A stretch of 64,000 nt of DNA from Escherichia phage ESCO5: the sequence record NC_047776.2; one strand, 5' to 3'. Below are positions 47,664-56,157 of the stretch, in pieces (position 1 is the first letter of the stretch; each line of letters begins with the position of its first letter). The position numbers and the translations under genes are program-made. Below the pieces are notes generated by a model that saw nothing but the letters and a program-made list of their open reading frames with translations, did not search any database and had not been told where the DNA came from.

Positions 47664-47983
47664 AAAACCTCCTTCTTGTTGGCTGCTTCAATCATAGCGT
47701 TAAGAGTCTCCATACCGCTTTCAACTGCTTGAGCAATCTCTTGGAACACAGACTTCTTAAAGATGTATAAAGACCCTGCCTGTAAGCGTTGCACACAGCA
47801 TAAGATCGCTTGGTGATCCATCAGGAAGTCGCCGTAGGCTGAATCAATCTTACCTGTAATTGGGTTGTCTCGTGAGCGAGGATCGTATTCTAATGTGATA
47901 TGCGTTACACCAGGTAAAGTAACAAACTGACAACGGATGTTGACACGTGGTGCAATTGACACGCTAAACAGACTGTTTGACAT
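47660..47983 (-). CDS. hypothetical protein
   Basis: 107-aa ORF with RBS GAGGAGG. Confidence 0.5.
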   Translation of the reverse strand: MSNSLFSVSIAPRVNIRCQFVTLPGVTHITLEYDPRSRDNPITGKIDSAYGDFLMDHQAILCCVQRLQAGSLYIFKKSVFQEIAQAVESGMETLNAMIEAANKKEVL

Positions 47984-48130
47984 TTAAACCTCCTCATAGT
48001 AAGGCAAAGCTTTAATCAACTGTTCTGAAATGCCATTCTCTGTCCATGTAACCCCGTTGTCAAGAGAAACATACCCTTTCTTATCGATAAATTTACGGAG
48101 ACAACCAGTGAACTTGTTTTTGTAGATCAT
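47984..48130 (-). CDS. hypothetical small protein (below the ORF-track cutoff)
   Basis: 48 codons; ATGA overlap with the upstream stop; AAGGAAAG upstream. Confidence 0.3.
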   Translation of the reverse strand: MIYKNKFTGCLRKFIDKKGYVSLDNGVTWTENGISEQLIKALPYYEEV

Positions 48131-48570
48131 TTCTTCTTTCCTTTCTTTAATTTGTTGTGACCTTTACCCTTGTAAAGCTTGTGATTACGAGCAGACGGGT
48201 TATTTTGGTTCTCCAGTCGGCTAACAGGTGTCTTCCAAAGATTCCCTGCTACAAAAGAGGCTGCCACAAGTTCTTCCAGGCATACAAAATCCAAAGCAGG
48301 CATCTTTGTTTCCCTCATCTCGCGTTCTACATTAGACAACACTCCTTCTTCCTTACTGTCTTCTTTTTCAATTACAGACCAACCCTGTTCCTGCCAAGCT
48401 TCCCCTCTGAACCAAGTTTCCATGTTATAACCGTGTTCGTCGAGAATAACACCATCTCGCATCTCAAACCATTCGCCACCACAAAAATGGCGGTGCTCAA
48501 CACGTCTACCTTCCTTCATTGCTTCTTTAGCTTCGGGCCAAGTCAGTTTGATGTTTTGGATGTTTTGCAT
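48127..48570 (-). CDS. hypothetical protein with Lys-rich C-terminus
   Basis: 147-aa ORF, first gene of the - strand block; divergent promoter region upstream. Confidence 0.5.
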   Translation of the reverse strand: MQNIQNIKLTWPEAKEAMKEGRRVEHRHFCGGEWFEMRDGVILDEHGYNMETWFRGEAWQEQGWSVIEKEDSKEEGVLSNVEREMRETKMPALDFVCLEELVAASFVAGNLWKTPVSRLENQNNPSARNHKLYKGKGHNKLKKGKKK

Positions 48571-48600
48571 TTGTTTTCTCCTTTTGTTTGGTAGGAGTTG

Positions 48601-48628
48601 ATCTTAACAAGATTAAAAAGTATGTCAA
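48601..48628 (-). promoter_or_regulatory. sigma70-like promoter (TTGACA-N16-TAAGAT) for the - strand block
   Basis: On the - strand: TTGACA at 48628-48623, TAAGAT at 48606-48601, upstream of the ATG at 48570. Confidence 0.45.
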
Positions 48629-48631
48629 TAC

Positions 48632-48659
48632 TTGATCTGAAATTATTTTCAGGTATCAT
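48632..48659 (+). promoter_or_regulatory. sigma70-like promoter (TTGATC-N16-TATCAT) for the + strand block
   Basis: Divergent from the - strand promoter; upstream of the ATG at 48685. Confidence 0.35.
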
Positions 48660-48684
48660 GTATGAACATTAACAAGAGAGGTAG

Positions 48685-48978
48685 ATGATGAACATTACTT
48701 TAGCAACTAAGAATATTTCTGAAACAATTAACGGTTTTGGTGTGATTGTAGCCTTGCACGGTAACAATGAGAAATGGTTGGCTTCTTTTGAAGAGGATCG
48801 TCAACACAACATTATTTTAGATGCCCCTATAAAAGTTATGCATATCGTTGGTGAAAGCAAAGTGCTCACTTCCTCCCGTTCAAAAGAACAAATTACAAAT
48901 GAATTAGTAAAACTGCTTGACAATGTTCTTAACATGTTTGATAATGCACCCATCGATACAAAACGTGTCTTAATGTGA
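48685..48978 (+). CDS. hypothetical protein
   Basis: 97-aa ORF. Confidence 0.5.
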   Translation: MMNITLATKNISETINGFGVIVALHGNNEKWLASFEEDRQHNIILDAPIKVMHIVGESKVLTSSRSKEQITNELVKLLDNVLNMFDNAPIDTKRVLM

Positions 48979-48990
48979 GAGGAGAACAAA

Positions 48991-49278
48991 ATGTACTATT
49001 CACAAGACGAAGTAGCAAACATTAAACTGGCAGTGGGAGATCTTATTGTGTCACCTAACTACTATTGGGATAACACAGATTTGGTTGAAGTAGTAACCCA
49101 TGTTGGAGTTGAAGGTATTGTGCTCTACACACTAGGTGGAGGTGTTGTTGGGGAAATGGAACGTTATACGACAACGAAGAAACTGGTAAGCTCTTATCAC
49201 ATGTTTTTACACCAAGGTTCGGAAGAGTATACAGCTTTCTTGTTGAAATTAGATGCAGATCGGGAGAAGGCACGATGA
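48991..49278 (+). CDS. hypothetical protein
   Basis: 95-aa ORF with RBS GAGGAG. Confidence 0.5.
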   Translation: MYYSQDEVANIKLAVGDLIVSPNYYWDNTDLVEVVTHVGVEGIVLYTLGGGVVGEMERYTTTKKLVSSYHMFLHQGSEEYTAFLLKLDADREKAR

Positions 49279-49631
49279 AAATTGTACACGATGAAATTCA
49301 AATAGAAGAAAGTGACCTGATGGATTTGGATGCAGCTTTGGGGAAGGTAATCTATGCAGGAATTAAAGCCTTCCGTGAGAAGGCAAACAATAGCACGTTT
49401 GTCATGATCCCCACTAAACTGATGCGTGTTTTGTATCCAAATAGAAGTGCGCCGTATACAGATGAAGAAGAGGAGACAGGTAGAAGAGAGTGGTTAAATA
49501 TTTTAGAAAAGATGGAGAATGCTTTTATTGATAGTGGTAATCCAGAAATCGTGTATGCTGAAGATCAAAGGAAGGCACGGTTAGAGGGCCGTCTTTTATT
49601 CGCTAGTTATTTTGATAATCTTTGGAGCTAA
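49275..49631 (+). CDS. hypothetical protein
   Basis: 118-aa ORF; ATGA overlap with the upstream gene. Confidence 0.5.
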   Translation: MKIVHDEIQIEESDLMDLDAALGKVIYAGIKAFREKANNSTFVMIPTKLMRVLYPNRSAPYTDEEEETGRREWLNILEKMENAFIDSGNPEIVYAEDQRKARLEGRLLFASYFDNLWS

Positions 49632-49633
49632 AT

Positions 49634-49810
49634 ATGTCTGAATTCTTCACAATGGCTTTCTTAGGGATCTATCTGATTATTAGTGCTGTTGGCTTAATCA
49701 TGTCTCTAATAGAGGAAATGGGAATTAAGTGGAATTGTGCATTCGGTATAGCTCTTATGCTCACTCCAGTTTGGATCTACATTTGCAAATCGGTTGAACT
49801 AATTGGTTAA
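49634..49810 (+). CDS. small membrane protein
   Basis: Start placed at the ATG (MSEFFTMAFLG...), 58 aa, hydrophobic. Confidence 0.45.
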   Translation: MSEFFTMAFLGIYLIISAVGLIMSLIEEMGIKWNCAFGIALMLTPVWIYICKSVELIG

Positions 49811-49820
49811 TGGAGGTAAT

Positions 49821-50159
49821 ATGTTTAGTAAAGAAATGAGAGAGGTGATCGCTACTCTGGTAGTTGATCATGGTGTTGAAGTTGAGCGTCACGTTTGGAA
49901 AGACGAGCCTCCTTTCTTTGATTTGGCATCACGGGCTAAAAGTCACATGTATCTCCTTGAAGATGATAAGGATTTTATTCTGCGTATGCGTTATGATCGA
50001 GAGTTTAGAATTCCTCTTGACACAGATCCTGATGATGTAGTATTGTGGTTGGCAGAGCATTTCGCATTTAACGCTCTACATGGAAGAAGTTTTGGTAATG
50101 AACGTTGGGATACCATTTGTCGTAAACATAATATTGAACCAGAATACGGGAGTATGTAA
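49821..50159 (+). CDS. hypothetical protein
   Basis: Start placed at the ATG after GGAGG (MFSKEMREV...). Confidence 0.5.
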   Translation: MFSKEMREVIATLVVDHGVEVERHVWKDEPPFFDLASRAKSHMYLLEDDKDFILRMRYDREFRIPLDTDPDDVVLWLAEHFAFNALHGRSFGNERWDTICRKHNIEPEYGSM

Positions 50160-50410
50160 TGTTAAGTATCAAACCTAAAATGATTACTGAAGATCAAAAA
50201 GATTACATTTATAAATGTGGTCGGGTGTGGAAAGAATACACTAAAGGTAATGAAGTTATTGTAGTTACGGAACATGCTATTTCTTTATCAGATCTTTTTG
50301 GTGATTATTTGCAAGTCATTAAAATTGGTATTGACAGAGGTTTGGTGCAGGTGTTAACATTATCCCAAGTTGAAGCAGAACACTTAGACAAAATCATTGT
50401 CGAGTTCTAA
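50159..50410 (+). CDS. hypothetical protein
   Basis: 83-aa ORF. Confidence 0.5.
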   Translation: MLSIKPKMITEDQKDYIYKCGRVWKEYTKGNEVIVVTEHAISLSDLFGDYLQVIKIGIDRGLVQVLTLSQVEAEHLDKIIVEF

Positions 50411-50423
50411 GAGGAGAAAGAAT

Positions 50424-50588
50424 ATGATCTCTTTAGAATCAATAGCTTTTAAGAAAGGGTATACCGCAGGGTTCAAGTTTGGTATGTTTAATAAAGTAAA
50501 TCCATATTGTCCAATGACACACAAAAAGGAATTCGAAGAATGGGAAGATGGATTTTCTAAAGGCTATCAGGCAAAGGGTTGGTTGTAA
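50424..50588 (+). CDS. hypothetical small protein
   Basis: Start placed at the ATG after GAGGAG (MISLESIAFKKG...). Confidence 0.45.
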   Translation: MISLESIAFKKGYTAGFKFGMFNKVNPYCPMTHKKEFEEWEDGFSKGYQAKGWL

Positions 50589-50597
50589 GGAGAGAAT

Positions 50598-50762
50598 ATG
50601 ATTTTAAACTTCATCATCAACTTGTGTTTGACATTGGGACTACTTTGTGCAATAGTATCCCCTTTGGTTGGTGAATATTGTTCTGAATTGGCGATGTTTA
50701 TAGTTCTTGGTGCGGCTATTGCTAATATGTTTGTCGCTGCGATTTGTATGTTGTGGGAATAG
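50598..50762 (+). CDS. hypothetical small membrane protein (below the ORF-track cutoff)
   Basis: 54 aa, hydrophobic (MILNFIINLCLTLGLLCAIV...); AGGAGAGA upstream. Confidence 0.35.
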   Translation: MILNFIINLCLTLGLLCAIVSPLVGEYCSELAMFIVLGAAIANMFVAAICMLWE

Positions 50763-50773
50763 GAGGGAAGTTT

Positions 50774-51130
50774 ATGAAAAAATTAATCTTAGCCACATTG
50801 CTGGCTACCGTAAGCTTCACCACTTACGCTCAAAAATTTGTAGCAGTTAAAACGGATATTGGTAAAGATGTTGTGATCACAGGCAACAAGTTTTACTATA
50901 CACCTGGAAATGGTGTTCTAGAAGAGTGTAAAGATGTTGAGGCATATACAGGAAAAGAAGATAACACGGAACGTCCTTTTTATTCGATTATAGCTACTTG
51001 CAAAAATGAAATAGTAGCTATTAAACAATACAAAGATGCCCCTGGAGGAGAGTACTTATTAATCAAGAATATTAAGAGTGAAAAAACTGCAAAGTTTACA
51101 GTAATTATTTTAAAAGGAGAAACGTTCTAA
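50774..51130 (+). CDS. hypothetical secreted protein
   Basis: Start placed at MKKLILATLLATVSFTTYAQ (signal peptide) after GGAGGGAAG. Confidence 0.5.
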   Translation: MKKLILATLLATVSFTTYAQKFVAVKTDIGKDVVITGNKFYYTPGNGVLEECKDVEAYTGKEDNTERPFYSIIATCKNEIVAIKQYKDAPGGEYLLIKNIKSEKTAKFTVIILKGETF

Positions 51131-52269
51131 TGAAATACACTATTTTTGGAGATGTGGCTGTTGTAAATAAGGAATATGGCGTTGAAGCTAATAAACTTCC
51201 TGCTGGAGTTTGGGTTGTCAACTGCGATCCGCACGGTAACTACTCTTTAGTGCGTGGTGAAAGTTTCTCTCTTCCGAACACTCTTTATGGGGAAACTAAA
51301 GACCGCGCCGCACATGTTATTAAAACATTTGCTCGTCGTAGTAAAGAAGGTAAAAATACTGGGGTGTTACTGACAGGGACAAAGGGCAGTGGTAAGACGA
51401 TGTTAGCTAAACTGATTAGCATGTCCCTAATGTCCACAGAAGGTTTAGGTATTCCAACCATTTTGGTGACACAGCCTTACACAGATGCTGGATTCTTAGA
51501 ATTTATGAGCAAAATTACAGATCGTGCTGTTGTTTTATTTGACGAGTTTGATAAAGTGTACGCTAAGAAAGAAGATCAGGAAGCACTGTTGACCTTGTTG
51601 GATGGAACAGGAAGTGGAAATAAACTTTACATCCTCACTAAAAATAGTGGCTATATCTCGGAATATTTTGTAAACCGTCCTAGTCGTATCTATTACAGTT
51701 TCAATTACGATAAACTGTCTAGTGAAACTATGTTAGATTACTTGGATAAGAACTTGGTAAATAAAAAACACGTAGATAACTTCCAACGTTTATGGGATGT
51801 TAGCACAGAGTTGTCTTTCGATGTTATTCAAGGCATTGTAGAAGAATTGAATTTCTATCCAAAAATGACTTTTAAAGAATGTCTTGAAATGATGGGTATT
51901 TCTTTAGGGAACGATGCTAAATGGAATGTGGCTTCTATCGTAGCTAATGGCAAAACCTTGAAGGTGAATTGGATCAATAACTGGCACGACTTCACCCCTA
52001 CTAAGTTTTTGTCGGGTGCTTGTTCCCTGAACATCTATCTACAAAGTTTGAAAGATGATGAAGTGGAAGCAATGGAAACCAACAGTTATGTTATCCTGGA
52101 TGAAGATGGTGATCCACATATTGATCTATGTGCAACGGCTGATGGTCTAACTTGTGATCTGATTGAAGGTGGTAAGATTCTGGTTATGAGCACTACACCA
52201 GGAAACACTCTGCGAGTGGTGCTGGAGCCTGTAACACAACGTTCCACCACACTGGGTAGCGTGTTCTAA
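51130..52269 (+). CDS. AAA-family ATPase
   Basis: 379 aa; Walker A LLTGTKGSGKTMLAK and Walker B VVLFDEFDK. Confidence 0.65.
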   Translation: MKYTIFGDVAVVNKEYGVEANKLPAGVWVVNCDPHGNYSLVRGESFSLPNTLYGETKDRAAHVIKTFARRSKEGKNTGVLLTGTKGSGKTMLAKLISMSLMSTEGLGIPTILVTQPYTDAGFLEFMSKITDRAVVLFDEFDKVYAKKEDQEALLTLLDGTGSGNKLYILTKNSGYISEYFVNRPSRIYYSFNYDKLSSETMLDYLDKNLVNKKHVDNFQRLWDVSTELSFDVIQGIVEELNFYPKMTFKECLEMMGISLGNDAKWNVASIVANGKTLKVNWINNWHDFTPTKFLSGACSLNIYLQSLKDDEVEAMETNSYVILDEDGDPHIDLCATADGLTCDLIEGGKILVMSTTPGNTLRVVLEPVTQRSTTLGSVF

Positions 52270-52274
52270 TAAAG

Positions 52275-52300
52275 ATGCCCCGCAAGGGGCATTTCTTATA
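52275..52300 (+). terminator. terminator-like hairpin
   Basis: atgcccc-gcaa-ggggcat hairpin followed by ttcttata. Confidence 0.45.
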
Positions 52301-52310
52301 GGATGAAATC

Positions 52311-53519
52311 ATGAGTAAAGCTAAAAGTTGGGAAGAATATAAAGCAGAATGCGAGATCATAGCTCTCTCTAAAGGATATAAAATTTTAGGCCATAAAGAA
52401 TGGAAAGGGTGTGAGACTAAACTCCTGATAGAATGTCCTGTGCACGGTGTATGGGATACTTGTAAAATATCTAACTTTAAAAGTGGGAAGTCTTGCCCTT
52501 CTTGTGGTGAATTAACAAAAAGGGAGAAGAGAACGAAGAGCAGAGAGGACCAAGAGAAAGAGTGTGAAGAAGAAGCGTTAAAAAGAGGTTGGCGCTTCTT
52601 GGGTATCTACGGAGAATGGCTGAAAGCTAAAAAGACACGAGTAATCTTACGTTGTGATAGGGGTCACGAGTTTAACACATCTACCATAGACAACTTTAAG
52701 AATAATAAACAAGGTTGTCCAGTTTGTCGTTTAGAGGATATAGGTAAACACAATAAGCTTTCAGACGATCAGCACATACAAGATTTCATGAGTACGGGTG
52801 TGTTTCCCGAAGGCACTACCTTCACTAATACAGGGGAAAAAGCTGGGAGGAGCGAAATACTTTGGAGTGTATTTTGCCCTATCTGTGCTATAGATGAGTT
52901 TTCCAAAGCTGGGGTAGGAACGGGATATTTTATCGGTAGAGGTAGTTCATTAAAACAGGGTATGCGCCCTTGTCGTTGTTCTGCCAGTTACAAATATTCT
53001 GAAGAAGAGATGACATTTAGAGCAAAAAGTGACGTAGAACGTAGAGGGTACGTGTGGTTGGGGTGGATTGGGAAAGCTTCTATACTTGGGGATTTTGAAT
53101 ATGGTTGCAAGGATCATGGGAAACATGTGTGTAGTGCTAACAATTGGTTAAATAAGGGGTGTGGTTGCCCTGGTTGTGCAGGTATGAATCAACAACAAGC
53201 CTACATTAATTATATTTACGATGAGCAAGATATTATCTGTGCACTGAAGTTTGGTATTGCTAATAATAGTAATCGCCGTATGAAAGAACAAAATAGTCGT
53301 AATGTGTTTACTATGAAACAGAGCCAAGTGTGGCACTTCCCTACTGTGAAGCAATGCAAAGATGCAGAAAAGCGTTGTAAGCGTGTCCTTCACACGGAAG
53401 CAGTGAGCAAATATTCTATGCCAGATGGCTACACAGAGACAGTGGAGTTATCTTGCATGGCATCAATACAAAATATTTATAAACTTTATGGTGGAACATT
53501 ACAGGAGGAAACATGTTAG
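52311..53519 (+). CDS. multi-zinc-ribbon protein
   Basis: 402 aa; at least four C-x2-H/C ... C-P-x-C-G/R units (CPVHG...CPSCG; CDRGH...CPVCR; CPICA...; CKDHG...CPGCAG). Confidence 0.5.
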   Translation: MSKAKSWEEYKAECEIIALSKGYKILGHKEWKGCETKLLIECPVHGVWDTCKISNFKSGKSCPSCGELTKREKRTKSREDQEKECEEEALKRGWRFLGIYGEWLKAKKTRVILRCDRGHEFNTSTIDNFKNNKQGCPVCRLEDIGKHNKLSDDQHIQDFMSTGVFPEGTTFTNTGEKAGRSEILWSVFCPICAIDEFSKAGVGTGYFIGRGSSLKQGMRPCRCSASYKYSEEEMTFRAKSDVERRGYVWLGWIGKASILGDFEYGCKDHGKHVCSANNWLNKGCGCPGCAGMNQQQAYINYIYDEQDIICALKFGIANNSNRRMKEQNSRNVFTMKQSQVWHFPTVKQCKDAEKRCKRVLHTEAVSKYSMPDGYTETVELSCMASIQNIYKLYGGTLQEETC

Positions 53520-53878
53520 TTGACGTTCAAATTATGCGCAACGAAAGAATGGACTTCTTTGAAGCAGTAGAGAAACATCTGATCCGATGGGACTATGAAT
53601 TTGTTCCTGCTGGATGTGGACCAGTAGAGCATTTAGCGGAAGACGACGATGTATACATGATCATTCGTCAAGTGTACCAGACAGACCAGTGTGAAGAAAC
53701 TCCCGAACTGATTTTGTTTGAGTGTAAAGATCTTGCAAAATATTTTGACTATGGTGGAAAAGAGGGTCATAATCTCTCCAGATACAATAAACGTCTACTT
53801 ATCTTAGACTACATGCGGAACAACAAACACAAACTCATCGACGCAGACGCAGTTTATGGCTACTGGTGGATGGACTAA
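53513..53878 (+). CDS. hypothetical protein
   Basis: 121-aa ORF. Confidence 0.5.
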   Translation: MLVDVQIMRNERMDFFEAVEKHLIRWDYEFVPAGCGPVEHLAEDDDVYMIIRQVYQTDQCEETPELILFECKDLAKYFDYGGKEGHNLSRYNKRLLILDYMRNNKHKLIDADAVYGYWWMD

Positions 53879-53891
53879 CAAAGGAGAAACT

Positions 53892-54071
53892 ATGGCACGT
53901 TTAGCAGACCATGAAATCTTTAAACCTATTCTGAACCACTATGATGAACTTAAGGCAGTGTTGGATTGTTATAGAGAGGATGAAGAACGTTTGGAAGTGA
54001 ATCTTAAGATAGTTCTGATGAAAGCTTTTCAAGACGGGCAAGCTGAAGTCTTAGGAGGCATGAAAAAATGA
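53892..54071 (+). CDS. hypothetical small protein
   Basis: Start placed at the ATG after AAGGAGA (MARLADHEIF...). Confidence 0.45.
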   Translation: MARLADHEIFKPILNHYDELKAVLDCYREDEERLEVNLKIVLMKAFQDGQAEVLGGMKK

Positions 54072-54610
54072 GAATAACTGATGAATATGTATTCTTCTTT
54101 TCACATAAAGATGTGTTTAGTAATTGGTATATTGCACCCTTTACAGAAACCGAACCAGGTTACAATCAGACATTTAATTGTGTCGAACAATACATGATGT
54201 GGCGTAAAGCTTTGCTTTTTAATGACCACAACACGGCACAGGCTATTCTGACTCATAGTTTGATACGGAAAGATGAGAAGATCCAAGCTTATTACAAACG
54301 TATGGGTAGGGCAGTGTCAGATTTTGATAACAACGTATGGGAAGAGAACCGTGAGCGTATTGTTATGCGAGGTTTATGCTTGAAATATGTACAGAATCCA
54401 GATTTGTATGCAGACTTACACCTTTACCAATACAAAACGTTTGTTGAAGCAAGTCCTTACGATAAGGTTTACGGTATTGGAATGGGAATGTATGAACCAG
54501 GGGTGCTAAATCCGGTCAACTGGAAAGGGCAAAATCTTTTAGGTAAATATCATAACAAACTGATCGAAATACTTTTCCCAGACAAAATACCGCAAAGACG
54601 ATATTTGTGA
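54068..54610 (+). CDS. NADAR-domain (YbiA-like) protein
   Basis: 180 aa; FSNW, CVEQYMMWRKALLFND and WEENRERIVMRGL align with the YbiA/NADAR pattern (FSNF ... EHYFQAQKF). Confidence 0.6.
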   Translation: MRITDEYVFFFSHKDVFSNWYIAPFTETEPGYNQTFNCVEQYMMWRKALLFNDHNTAQAILTHSLIRKDEKIQAYYKRMGRAVSDFDNNVWEENRERIVMRGLCLKYVQNPDLYADLHLYQYKTFVEASPYDKVYGIGMGMYEPGVLNPVNWKGQNLLGKYHNKLIEILFPDKIPQRRYL

Positions 54611-54852
54611 TATTTTAACTTTTTTCATTTTTAGAACAAAGGCGTCACTTTGTAGCACAGAAATAAGGCTCCTACAGCACCGTAGAGAGCCTATTATTTT
54701 GTCCTATACAAACCCTTGTCTTTTTCAGTTTGCATCACTAGGATTCGATCTGAGTGGGTTCCTGAAGGTCTGCCAATAAGATTAAAGGTTATCTCAAATT
54801 CCCACTACCTATTATCTCAAAAATCCCTCAAATTATTTAAACTTTTTAAGAA

Positions 54853-55038
54853 TTTACAAAAGTGAAAGTTGAAAACCAAAATTTAAAGTTTAGGAAAATT
54901 ATCTTAAAATGTCAGATACAAAACAAAACTCAAAAGTCAAGGAAAATTTTAAAAATTTTGCGCGCCCACAGTATTTAAAGTTTTTTTGCTTTTACAAAAA
55001 TGAAAGTACAAAAGCAAAATTTAAAGTTTACAAAAATT
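54853..55038. repeat. iteron-like imperfect direct repeats in an AT-rich non-coding region
   Basis: About 48-bp units at 54853-54900 and 54991-55038 (roughly 42 of 48 identical), with a degenerate third copy between them. Confidence 0.5.
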
Positions 55039-55050
55039 TATGCAGATGGG

Positions 55051-55166
55051 AATGAGAAGAGTTCTCATATGGAAATGCAAATGATAATGATTCGCATTTA
55101 GGTTTATAAATGAGATTGATTCTTATTTGATAAGGTAAATGATAATCATTCTCATTTAGAGAATGA
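55051..55166. promoter_or_regulatory. array of four palindromic operator-like sites, two closely matching the Fur-box 7-1-7 pattern
   Basis: ATGAGAA-gag-TTCTCAT (55052-55068); TGATAATgATTCGCA (55082-55096); aaatgagattgattcttattt (55108-55128); TGATAATcATTCTCA (55140-55154) with TCATTCTC/GAGAATGA inverted repeat; spacing about 29 bp. Confidence 0.45.
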
Positions 55167-55415
55167 CGCGCAGGGGCGGTGTTTGTCTCGCGCTCCCGTG
55201 TCCCCTCGCCATGTAATAAGAATAACAGATCCAGCCAGGAAAGCAAGCGATTATTTTATCTTTACATTTCTTTACAAATATATAGCGCCCAGCCTACCGG
55301 CGATCAACCTTCCAACCAGCGCCCTGGTATGTTAGCCCCGCCTTTACGCCGTGGGGGTGGCGCTTCCTCTTCTGTATGTAAAACAGTATAAGCCCGATCC
55401 CTGGGCTTGTCAAGA

Positions 55416-55682
55416 TTATTTTTTGTTTTCTTGCCAGGATAGGACACCTAACCAAAAATGCATATCGCCCCGCGCCCCTGGTGGGATCTTGCTTTCCCCG
55501 CCGCCACTGCAAGCCCATAAATAACCATCAGCGAACGGATCAAAGTTTTCTATTTCTTCCACCTTATGATCGCCCAGGTTGAGAACTGTTTCAACCTTTA
55601 AGCCCGTTGCGCTTGCTACCTGGTGCACCGTGCCGCCTTGCCAGCCTAATGAGTGCATAAGGTGTAATGTAGTATTCGTCAT
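55416..55682 (-). CDS. hypothetical protein in a GC-richer segment
   Basis: 88-aa ORF on the - strand with codon composition visibly GC-richer than the rest of the window; weak RBS. Confidence 0.35.
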   Translation of the reverse strand: MTNTTLHLMHSLGWQGGTVHQVASATGLKVETVLNLGDHKVEEIENFDPFADGYLWACSGGGESKIPPGARGDMHFWLGVLSWQENKK

Positions 55683-55790
55683 GGTGTCGCCCTTTCTTTG
55701 TTGTGCGCCCTGGTTGGCGCGGTAGAAAGATGATAGCCCTTTCTTTTATATATAGCAAGCAAAAAGAAAATAAAAAGATTGAAAAAGTGA

Positions 55791-55849
55791 TTGACGTTCG
55801 CCAGGTGGCGGCATAATATTTACCACGTAGGGCGGCAATGGTGCCGCTC
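55791..55849 (+). promoter_or_regulatory. promoter plus 5' stem-loop cassette
   Basis: TTGACG-N17-TAATAT then ttaccacgtaGGGCGGCAatggTGCCGCtca hairpin just downstream of the -10. Confidence 0.55.
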
Positions 55850-55868
55850 ATTATTTGGAGTTAAAATC

Positions 55869-56066
55869 ATGGCAACATTGCACATTGTGGCGAAAGCTGG
55901 ACAAATAAACGTGGTAGTAAACGGTTTTACTGAGTTCAGTCATCCCCAGGATGATCATGAAACGGTTTTATCTTTCATTGATTCTCTGTTAGAAATGGGA
56001 GTCATTACAGAAGACCAGCACGCTACAAAATGCAAGCGCGTTAATCAAATTGCAGGGATAGAATAA
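55869..56066 (+). CDS. hypothetical small early-type protein
   Basis: 65 aa from the ATG after GGAG; the track start at 55791 lies inside the promoter. Confidence 0.5.
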   Translation: MATLHIVAKAGQINVVVNGFTEFSHPQDDHETVLSFIDSLLEMGVITEDQHATKCKRVNQIAGIE

Positions 56067-56073
56067 AAAGTAT

Positions 56074-56131
56074 TGACAACAAACAACAACCTGATAAGAT
56101 GTATCACATAGGGCGGCGGAATGGTCCACCG
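56074..56131 (+). promoter_or_regulatory. promoter plus 5' stem-loop cassette
   Basis: TTGACA, -10-like TAAGAT, then atagggcggcggaatggtccaccgc hairpin; the ctgataagatgtatcacatagggcggcgga segment recurs at 57531. Confidence 0.5.
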
Positions 56132-56157
56132 CTCACAACAGAAGAGAGATTATAATC

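Noticed and set aside
55179-55391. 70-aa + ORF and overlapping - ORFs (55294-55518, 55028-55246) in the regulatory region.
   Set aside because: Arg/Ser/Pro-rich low-complexity products, no RBS, and overlap with the palindromic operator sites; more likely non-coding.
55180-55400. tRNA or other structured RNA gene in the GC-rich segment; tRNA genes in general.
   Set aside because: No cloverleaf-compatible arrangement or T-loop-like GGTTCGAATCC motif found by eye here or elsewhere; absence cannot be proven without tRNAscan-type analysis.
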